The position numbers were made by a program, and so were the translations under genes. Of a DNA stretch of 64,000 nucleotides, positions 19,827 through 27,924 are shown in pieces. Source of the stretch: Candidatus Latescibacterota bacterium (lineage in GTDB: Bacteria; Latescibacterota; UBA2968); contig OZ244960.1 in NCBI GenBank assembly GCA_965222605.1, positions 1,024,001-1,088,000 on the forward strand. The letters run 5' to 3'. The notes beneath the pieces are model-generated. The model did no database searches. It had not been told where the DNA came from and saw nothing but the letters and a program-made list of their open reading frames with translations. Positions within the stretch are counted from its first letter, which is position 1, and the number at the start of each line of letters is the position of its first letter.

Positions 19827-20085
19827 TTTGAAGCTGAATATTATTGTTGCAATCCATCAATCTCAAACAGGGAATCCATCGTGTATATCCGTAAACCCGC
19901 ACCACAGGGCTGAGTCTCCTGGAACGACATCCCGGTAACACCTTTACATGAGAGATTTTTGTGTTCAATCTCGCCATTGTTGCCTCTAACAGTCCTATCC
20001 AGGATAGCTCGCAATTTGAATTGCTCGCGCTCTTATTGCACCTGGGGAGGACCATATGGCTTGTTGAATGCATCAAAAAGACACT

Positions 20086-20151
20086 GCCATCCTCGCCGGA
20101 TGGCTTTTTTAATGGCCACAGCGCAAAACGAGACGCGGTGGCCCTTTTTTT
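20086..20151 (+). terminator. Two tandem terminator-like hairpins
   Basis: gccatcc..ggatggc+T6 and ggccac..gtggcc+T7. Confidence 0.55.
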
Positions 20152-20245
20152 AAAAAGGAGGCACTATGATTGTTTAATAAACGATTGGTAAACAAATATC
20201 TGGCTATTACATTTCTCCCCCTTCATCAGAGAAAGGAGATCTGAT

Positions 20246-20350
20246 ATGACGTCAGTACAAACAGAAAGGCCCTCACGCGAGTCTTTGGCGGGACGACGTG
20301 AGGACCCCAGATCACACCGACAAGTACATGCGGTGTTCCGCATAATTTAG
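20246..20350 (+). CDS. Possible 34-aa small ORF (or structured RNA)
   Basis: SD AAAGGAG; MTSVQTERPSRESLAGRREDPRSHRQVHAVFRII*; contains several stems. Confidence 0.3.
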   Translation: MTSVQTERPSRESLAGRREDPRSHRQVHAVFRII

Positions 20351-20401
20351 GACAAATTTCTGATAACTGCAAATGAAATCATAAACTTGTGGAGAAATTA
20401 G

Positions 20402-20599
20402 ATGCAAACCTGGAAGGATGTATTCCGCAGAAAAGAAGAATTGCAAAATCTGAAAAACATCGGATTCTGCTTTCTGATCGTCGTTGCCCTCATCACGGGG
20501 TCTTATGCCCTGACGGGGTTGCGAGACATTTTTCAAGTCTCGCTTGCGGAGCCTACCGAATGGGAAGTCACCGCAATACCTGACGATATTGACGAGTAG
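20402..20599 (+). CDS. Small single-pass membrane protein
   Basis: GGAG SD, one hydrophobic helix (IGFCFLIVVALITGSYAL), acidic C-terminus; directly upstream of the ECF sigma. Confidence 0.6.
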   Translation: MQTWKDVFRRKEELQNLKNIGFCFLIVVALITGSYALTGLRDIFQVSLAEPTEWEVTAIPDDIDE

Positions 20600-20628
20600 T
20601 GATAACCATTCACCAGAGGATACTAACC

Positions 20629-21210
20629 ATGCAGTACGCAGAAGAGCGAGATCTGGTGCGTCGCACGTTAAATGGCGATGCCGGGGCTTTCAACAGCCTT
20701 TACAAACGCCATCACGCCCGGATTCTCGCCACACTAATTGGACGAACCAGAAATCGACACGATGCTGAAGATTTGATGCAAGTGACTTTTTTGCGCGCCT
20801 ATCGCGGTTTGTCCGGATTCCGCGGGGAGGCCGCATTCTCAACATGGCTGATGCAAATTGCCCTGAATGTGTGTACCACGCACATGCGATCCAAACAAGC
20901 CCGTAGATCGTGGCAACAAACCATTGAAGATACACAACTCGGTTATCGAGATACGTGGGAGCCAGCCAGTACAGAGCGTCCCGACGATGCGTTGTCTCGA
21001 AAAGAATGCCGCGCAATGCTCGAAGAAAGCATAGCAGAACTGCCACAGCGATATCGCCATGCCGTGCGCTTGCGCTATGTAAAGGATCGATCTTATGCAG
21101 AGATTGCCAGAGAACTCGGCGTGCCAATGGGCACTCTGAAAACCTGGCTTCATCGCGCGCGACACCAGTTGCAAGAATCTCTTAACGATACGGAACTTGC
21201 GGCAATGTAA
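20629..21210 (+). CDS. ECF RNA polymerase sigma factor (RpoE/SigW-like)
   Basis: GDAGAFNSLY, DAEDLMQVTF, FSTWLMQIALN, SYAEIARELGVPMGTLKTWLHRAR. Confidence 0.93.
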   Translation: MQYAEERDLVRRTLNGDAGAFNSLYKRHHARILATLIGRTRNRHDAEDLMQVTFLRAYRGLSGFRGEAAFSTWLMQIALNVCTTHMRSKQARRSWQQTIEDTQLGYRDTWEPASTERPDDALSRKECRAMLEESIAELPQRYRHAVRLRYVKDRSYAEIARELGVPMGTLKTWLHRARHQLQESLNDTELAAM

Positions 21211-21288
21211 AACGTCTTACAATGTGTTATCGCAATGGCGTAGCCAAATAGCTGTTAAATTTTAATAATCAGAGGAGAAATTCATTTT

Positions 21289-21501
21289 ATGCACTGCGAC
21301 ATTTGCGGGCGCGAAAACGCGCACATCCACAAAATCAATCGCATGTATGGCAAGGGGAAACACACCGTCACCATTCGCAATATTCCCCTTGCGATATGTT
21401 CGACCTGTGAAGAACGCTATTTTGCGCCTCGCACACTCGACAACGCCGATCAACTGAGGACAGTACTTCACAAACACTCAAAATCGACTTGTCTCGCGTA
21501 A
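21289..21501 (+). CDS. YgiT-type (MqsA N-terminal-like) zinc finger protein
   Basis: CDICG...IRNIP...CSTCEERYF; SD GAGGAG. Confidence 0.8.
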   Translation: MHCDICGRENAHIHKINRMYGKGKHTVTIRNIPLAICSTCEERYFAPRTLDNADQLRTVLHKHSKSTCLA

Positions 21502-21507
21502 ACAAGT

Positions 21508-21546
21508 AAAAAAAAGCCGTCGGTAGCATCTCCCGGCGGCTTTTTT
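21508..21546 (+). terminator. Intrinsic terminator
   Basis: aaaaaagccg...cggctttttt. Confidence 0.75.
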
Positions 21547-21547
21547 G

Positions 21548-21762
21548 TGTTCATTTTCGGACACCACTGTATCAAAACCGGACACTTGCCTACATAATTA
21601 AATTTATATGAAGCCAGATGTTTTTTATTTTATACCAATACCCCAAATTTTTAAAAAAATTAAGCGATTTATTTTCAACAGGTTAAAAAATTTAAAAGAT
21701 ATATAGCATAAAAAATTTGCTCGAATTATCGATCTCCAAAAAAGTTTAGCACGATTTTTGCT
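21548..21762 (+). promoter_or_regulatory. sigma54-type promoter architecture with a degenerate -24 box
   Basis: Tandem TGT-N10-ACA and TGT-N11-ACA sites (21548-21584), an AT-rich IHF-like tract, and TAGCACG-ATTT-TTGCT at 21747-21762. Confidence 0.45.
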
Positions 21763-22522
21763 TAATAAAATCTAAAATTGATCTTTCCAATTCCCAAAGG
21801 AGGTTTCCCATGCTCAAAAATTACCTGACCATTGCCCTGCGAAATCTGGTGCGCTACAAAATATACACCGCGACCAATGCCCTCGGCCTGGCAACGGGCA
21901 TTGCATTTTGCCTCCTCACATTTCTCTACGTGCGGCACGAATGGACTTATGATCAATTTCACGAAAAATCCGACCGCATTTTTCGACTCGGCATGTCTAG
22001 CGGAATGTTTGGCGGAAGAGACAATGCCAGAGGTGTCTGGCTATCTGAAAAAATTGGACCACTCATGCGAGAAAACATCCCGCAATTCGCCCATGTTGTG
22101 CGGATACACGAAAGAACTGTAAAAGTGTCTCACGGCAACAACACCTTTGAAGTAAAATCTCTGTTTACCGACGAAGACTTTTTTCAATTATTCACTTTTC
22201 CGCTCATTCACGGCGATCCCAAAACCGTGCTCGCAAACCCAAATAGCATTGTCTTAACCCAAAGTGCGGCACAAAAATATTTCGGACAAAACGATGTTGT
22301 GGGACAGGAACTCAGCATCCGCCATAGAATTTGGAATGAAGAAGAAAAGACTTTTGTCGTAGCGGGTATCGCAGAGGATCCCCCTGAAAATTCCAGCATT
22401 CAATTTGATCTGATTTTTTCTTATGCATCAATTCCGCCCTCTAAGCGGAGCACGGTGAGGATGTTTATATCACAAGATGGCAAAGCCGAACGCAAAGAAA
22501 TTACCCCGCCCGTCTTCTCTAA

Positions 22523-24229
22523 CCCGACTAATTCATGAACTGTAATGGTTGGGGTTGTTTGTCAGGCGGCATCGGTTCCAAGCATCAAAATGAGGGTGCT
22601 TTCTATCTTGTCTGCCGTCATAGGCGTCTTCATAGAGTTCAAGCAGCCCAAATCGTCCCCTGACAGGCTCTGCCAGTGTCAAAAGTACAGACCGGTCCCT
22701 TGCCAGTCCTGTCTGTGGATAAGTCCGTGTATTTGTAAAGTCAGCAAGTGATGGGACAGACCCCTATTCCTTCCCCGTTGATGGGTTATGGCACCGCCTT
22801 TGCCAGATTGCACAGGATTTTATCAAAAAGGTGTGGCAATGGAAATGACATAGGCAGATGGAAGGTGATCTTTGTTTTCAACTCACAGACGCGTCCGGCG
22901 ACTTTAAGGAAACGATTTTGGAGGGTATTGACCTGTGCGTTTATCCACGTTGTGCCTTGTAATCCGATGTGCGCTAAGGTGTGCAACAAGACATAGGCAG
23001 CCGAATGGAGGAAGAGGCGGAACTGATTGGCTCCAAAAGCGTGACAGGACGTGCGGTCTGAGTGGAGAAAGGTTTTGTGATTTTTAATGAAGTTTTCCAT
23101 CTGTCCGCGCGCACAATAGATATTTTGGTAGATAAAGGAGGCCCTTGAACTTTCAAGGTTGGTCACGACAAAGCGTGTGTTTTGGCCTCGGGTGGTGATT
23201 TCAGCTTTGCATAAGATGCGTCTGGCACAGGCCCAAGTCTGGGCTTGGTAATAAAATGAGGTAAAAAGTCGCACGGGCTTGCCGGTTTGTGCATAAAGGC
23301 TTTTGGTCTGATCCATCAGGGGCTTTGAAAGGGCTAAGAGTCGGGTATTGGCACTTTGTCCGAGGATAAAAAAGAGGTCCTTTGTCGCACAAAAGTCCTG
23401 GACTTCTGGACTTGAGAAGTGGGCATCGCCTCGCAAAAAGAGTGCCACCTTTGGCCAAGCCTGACGAATATAAGCGACTAACCGCTTGAGAATGGTGACA
23501 ATCTGTTTGCCATCAGGACGCACACCCGGACGTAAAATCGTCGTGATTAGCTTGCCCGATTGCCCTTCATAAATATGCAAAGGCTGGTAGGAGTAGGCAC
23601 CCAAATACCCATTGAATAAGGACAACTGCTGCGTCCCATAAACCCTATCCTGCGTATCATCAATATCTAAGATGATCGACGAAGGCGGCTTTTTATACGA
23701 AGCAATAAAACAATCGACAAAGGCACGAGCAACGCGATACAAATCGCTTCTGCTCATCTGATTCTCAAACCGACTCATCGTGGGTTGACTGGCCAAGTTC
23801 TCACCACTTATGGGCAAGCGATCACAGGCAACCTTGAAGCCGGGATCGCTGCGTAAGGCATTGCAATCATTGGCATCTTCATACCCACAGGCAATTTGAA
23901 ACACGCGCTGTTTGATCAACTCTGCCGTGCTATGCGCCACATAACTTTGATGCCGATGGTCTTTAATCGCGCGACTCAAACGTGATAAAATACCCGTTTT
24001 GGCCTCCACTTCTCGAAGCAATAAGGCTCCGCTATCGCTGGTGAGAATACCCCCATCAAAGGCGAGGTTGAGACGTTTGCCGAAAATGCTTGCCAAAGGA
24101 ACCTTGCAATGATTATCTTGTGTGCTCACGGTAGTTTCTCCCAAGTTCATTGTTCAATGGTTATGCGTATAACCTAATATAATACAATAACTTGAATAGG
24201 GAAACTACCTTTTTTATGAATTTTTCGGG
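22523..24229 (-). mobile_element. IS1380 family insertion sequence (1707 bp)
   Basis: Terminal IRs cccgactaattcatgaa / cccgaaaaattcataaa; 4-bp TSD CTAA at 22519-22522 and 24230-24233. Confidence 0.93.
22786..24150 (-). CDS. IS1380 family DDE transposase
   Basis: FDGGILTSDSG, GYEDANDC, LASQPTMSRFEN, LDIDDT, RGDAHF, YCARGQMEN. Confidence 0.95.
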   Translation of the reverse strand: MNLGETTVSTQDNHCKVPLASIFGKRLNLAFDGGILTSDSGALLLREVEAKTGILSRLSRAIKDHRHQSYVAHSTAELIKQRVFQIACGYEDANDCNALRSDPGFKVACDRLPISGENLASQPTMSRFENQMSRSDLYRVARAFVDCFIASYKKPPSSIILDIDDTQDRVYGTQQLSLFNGYLGAYSYQPLHIYEGQSGKLITTILRPGVRPDGKQIVTILKRLVAYIRQAWPKVALFLRGDAHFSSPEVQDFCATKDLFFILGQSANTRLLALSKPLMDQTKSLYAQTGKPVRLFTSFYYQAQTWACARRILCKAEITTRGQNTRFVVTNLESSRASFIYQNIYCARGQMENFIKNHKTFLHSDRTSCHAFGANQFRLFLHSAAYVLLHTLAHIGLQGTTWINAQVNTLQNRFLKVAGRVCELKTKITFHLPMSFPLPHLFDKILCNLAKAVP

Positions 24230-26160
24230 CTAAAGGGAACGATGTCACCTATATACAGCTAATTGACAAAGTACAATTGGCAGATATAGCCCCTGTCCTG
24301 AATGCATTTGTTGAAGCAAACAAAACCCCCAATCCTTTAAGCAGGGGCAGGTCTAAACGCAAGACTCCGGACTTGAACCTGCACTTGCAACCCATTGCGG
24401 ATATCCATTTTGATCGCGAAATAACAGAGGGGCTTTCAACACCGAGCAACCCCGCATATTCCTACATCCTCGCGGGCATCGCCCTCTCCGTATTACTGGT
24501 GGCGTGCATCAATTTTACGAACCTCGCCATTGCGCGGTCAGCGACCCGAGCGAGAGAGGTGGGGATACGCAAAGTAGTCGGAGCGATGCGTTTTCAACTG
24601 ATGAAACAATTTTGGGGCGAGTCCTTGCTGCTCACGGGCGTGGGAATGTTACTGGGGCTTGCACTAACAGAATTTTTTCTATCGACCTTCAACGCTTTGA
24701 CGCAAGTGAATTTAACACTGGATTATCGCCCTTCCCCATCCGGCGTGCTCTTTGGCGTATCGCTCTTATTGGTTATAGGTCTGGGCTCAGGCATCTATCC
24801 AGCACTGGTGCTATCGGGTTTTGACCCCATTGCCGTTTTGAAGAACCGATTCAATATTGGCGGCAGGTCCTGGTCTGGTCGCGTCCTGATCGTTGGTCAG
24901 TTCGTCGTTGCGATTTTGTTTCTCATTGCCACCCTTGTGATGTCTCGGCAGCTAACATTTTTAAAAGAAAAAAATCTGGGCTTAAATGAATCGCAGGTCG
25001 TATTGATAAACCCGCGGTACTCGTCACCAGACCGTCAGCAACGCCATCGGATACTGCAACTCTTCAAACAAGAGTTCAAACGGCACACAAATATCATTAA
25101 TGTGACGCAATCGAGTTTGTTCTCCAACTTGGAAGCGGACTCAGATAACCGCAAAAGCAATATTACATTTCCCAATGGAGAAGTGGTGGAAAAGGCTGAA
25201 ATTTCCGTGGATTACGACTTTTTCGACACACTGGGTATCAATTTATTGGCAGGGCGCAACTTTTCACCAGATTTTGGTACGGATGCAAAACAGGCCGTTC
25301 TGGTCAATAAAACATTTGTCGAACGCGCGCAATTGGAACAGCCATTGAACACGACATTGCCCATGACAAAGATGACGATCTCTTTTACGCCGGGAGATTT
25401 TAAGCCAGGAAGTAGCATACCTAAACCCACTCGAATAAAAGATCCCAAAATTATCGGTGTCGTAGATGATTTTCACTTAAAGTCACTGTATCATGCTCTG
25501 CCCCCTCTGGTGATATTTTTAGACGCAGCCGGCTTGCGCACAGACTTCCTGGTACGCATTCGCCCAGAACGCATACCTGAAACGCTCAACTTTATGGCTG
25601 AAAAGTGGCAGGCTATTGCGGGTGATATACGATTGGATTACGTCTTCCTCGACGAAAATTTTGACCGCCTCTACCGCGAGGAAGAACGCTGGGGTACCAT
25701 TGTCCAATACGCTTCTTTCTTCGCGCTCTTTGTCGCCTGCCTCGGCGTCCTGGGCCTCACATCCCTCGCCATTACCCGCCGCACCAAAGAAATCGGCATC
25801 CGCAAAGTACTCGGCGCATCGAACCATCACATCGTTGCCTTATTATCCAGAGAATTTGTCGTACTGATCCTCATCGCAAATCTGATCGCCTGGCCCATTG
25901 CCCATTATGGCGTTGATCACTGGTTGCGGGACTTTGCCTACCGCATCGATGCAGGTATAAGCCTCTTTCTGCTCGGCGGATTACTCGTCTTTGTAACAGC
26001 CCTGCTCACCATTGGCGTTCAAGCTCTAAGGGCCGCACAACGCAATCCCGTCCACGCCCTGCGATATGAGTGAGATCAATTTTCCTATTTGACAGGATAG
26101 GACAAATCGTGAATATTTAAAAAAGAGGAAATAGAAACCGTTGTTGACCAGGAGACTCAA

Positions 26161-26460
26161 ATGGCTAACATAGATATTCCCCGAATCGCGTATCCCCACA
26201 TCGAACAGAATCCAGATATCCTCTCAGGCGAACCTATTATACGAGGAACACGCATTGGCGTGCGGCACATCGCAGAATGGGACCGCCGTGGATATAGTGT
26301 GGATGAAATTATCGCACAATATCCTCATTTGACCCATGCACAGGTTCAAGATGCCCTATCTTATGCTTTTGATCACAAGTCTGAAATTGATCAACTCATC
26401 CAGGCAAATACAGAAGACGCGGTCCGGTCAAAATATCAAGATAGTGCATGGATGCCATAA
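26161..26460 (+). CDS. DUF433 domain protein (antitoxin-like), with no adjacent partner
   Basis: PDILSGEPIIRGTRIGV...SVDEIIAQYPHLTHAQVQDALSY. Confidence 0.88.
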   Translation: MANIDIPRIAYPHIEQNPDILSGEPIIRGTRIGVRHIAEWDRRGYSVDEIIAQYPHLTHAQVQDALSYAFDHKSEIDQLIQANTEDAVRSKYQDSAWMP

Positions 26461-26550
26461 AGTTATATTTGATTACAAGGTTGGCGTTAACCCATTGATT
26501 TTTATTTTTAAAAAAGTTTAATTGTTTTCCATTAAACTGCAAATTTTTCC

Positions 26551-26579
26551 TTGACACCTGTTCTTTTGTTTAGTATTTT
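26551..26579 (+). promoter_or_regulatory. sigma70-type promoter of the two-gene hypothetical operon
   Basis: TTGACA-N17-TATTTT; SD AGGAGGT before 26624. Confidence 0.6.
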
Positions 26580-26623
26580 TGTGCATAGAACGTTGAGACA
26601 TAATTCTTTGACAGGAGGTAATC

Positions 26624-26920
26624 ATGGCAAGCATTGAGGTTCAGGCCGAACAGGCAATTGAGGAAATTTTATTGTCCGATTTGAGTCGGGATCTGCTCAA
26701 AGTTGCCGATCGCATTCAGGCCGAGATGCCGCATGTACCTTTTGACGCCATTCGCCCCGAAGCCATGGCGCGCGTCGAAGCCGCTGAGCAAGCCATCGAC
26801 ACCCTGGCCCGGGATTTGAGCCAGGGGCAAGGGGAACTCACTGAGTGGCACAGCGCCTTGACGGCTTACGAATCGGCCTGGTTTCAGGTTATTGAGTCTT
26901 TAGGCATTCGCAATAATTAA
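26624..26920 (+). CDS. Hypothetical acidic helical protein
   Basis: Strong SD, 98 aa, no recognised motif. Confidence 0.7.
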   Translation: MASIEVQAEQAIEEILLSDLSRDLLKVADRIQAEMPHVPFDAIRPEAMARVEAAEQAIDTLARDLSQGQGELTEWHSALTAYESAWFQVIESLGIRNN

Positions 26921-27000
26921 ATCACATATATTTACGTTTATTTTCGGCAATAAACGACCATTGTATTGCCGATTTCCACGAAAGCAAAGGAGAGATAGCA

Positions 27001-27714
27001 ATGTCCCAGCGAGATATAAAGACAGCAGTTCAACCTGTTGACCATATCAAGAAGCAGATTGCGGAATCCGAAGGTTTTCCCATCGGGAAGATCGATGAGT
27101 TTGTGGTATTCATTCAGAATGATCCCTACATCACATCTGCGGGTTTGCAGTACAAAATGCTACAAACCTATAAGGTTGGCAAATTCGCTGTACAGGCTGT
27201 AATGCCTTCCAAAGAAGAATACGCTCTATTGCGACGAATGATGGGATTAAAAGATGAGGAACCGCTGGTGGTAATGCGCGGTGAAGTGTGGGTTGATGGG
27301 CTTGCGCGGCCCTTTGTCGATTACGGTACCACAACGCCTAAAAATCTCAAAGGATTTGTGCGATTTTCAGATTATCCACTCGAAATGGCGACGCGACGCG
27401 CCACCAATCGGGCGATGCGTTTGGCTACCGCGACGGGGATGTGTTCTGTTGATGAGTTGCAGGTAGCCGCAGACGCCGCACAGACCAACGGCGATGTTGA
27501 AGCAGTTCACAACCATTCATCTGCTACGCAAAGTCAGATTGATCTGATTAAAAATCTGGGGCGAAGTCCACAGCTAACCGAACGAGAACGCGAGCGACTG
27601 AAAACCCAGATTGAAGATGGATTGGACAAGCGTCAGGCATCCGAATTGATTCAAAAAATAAAAGCGAGATTAGACGCCCAGCGCAAAGCCGATGCACAAC
27701 CTATTGCGGCTTGA
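27001..27714 (+). CDS. Hypothetical protein, possible Rad52/RecT-like single-strand annealing protein
   Basis: PYITSAGL...FVDYG...EMATRRATNRAMR...GMCSVDEL core, a low-complexity linker, and an ATQSQIDLIKNL C-terminal helical module; SD AAAGGAG. Confidence 0.5.
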   Translation: MSQRDIKTAVQPVDHIKKQIAESEGFPIGKIDEFVVFIQNDPYITSAGLQYKMLQTYKVGKFAVQAVMPSKEEYALLRRMMGLKDEEPLVVMRGEVWVDGLARPFVDYGTTTPKNLKGFVRFSDYPLEMATRRATNRAMRLATATGMCSVDELQVAADAAQTNGDVEAVHNHSSATQSQIDLIKNLGRSPQLTERERERLKTQIEDGLDKRQASELIQKIKARLDAQRKADAQPIAA

Positions 27715-27786
27715 TTTTGAGCCGGTTGTCGCGCGCATTCTTTCGTCAGGGGAGAGGGGAAGGATTTAGCGTACAGCCGGCACAAC

Positions 27787-27822
27787 AAAAAAGCGGGAGC
27801 TCTTTGAGAGCCCCGCTTTTTT
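27787..27822 (+). terminator. Intrinsic terminator
   Basis: aaaaaagcggg...cccgctttttt. Confidence 0.75.
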
Positions 27823-27924
27823 GTTTTCTATAGCGAACAGTGCCCTACTTGTGCTTTCGTTTCCTTTTGTGTATCATGGGGCAAATTTGCAGCCGATCAA
27901 AAAAGCGATAAAAGGCATATTGTT

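Larger units (their letters stand above)
21810..26073 (+). pseudogene. MacB/FtsX-type multi-domain ABC permease interrupted by IS1380
   Basis: MLKNYLTIALRNL, REVGIRKVVGA, RTKEIGIRKVLGA, NPVHALRYE; removing the IS and one CTAA copy restores a single frame (PVFS-KGNDVTYIQL). Confidence 0.92.

Noticed and set aside
19865-20092. Partial resemblance to a cobalamin or Moco riboswitch (agggaatcc...cccgca; agacactgcc)
   Set aside because: Core elements and spacing do not match; kept only as an unassigned structured leader.
20056-20112. Possible Sec peptide MAC-U-MHQKDTAILAGWLF with a hairpin after UGA
   Set aside because: The hairpin ends in a U-tract like a terminator, and there is no homology support for Sec.
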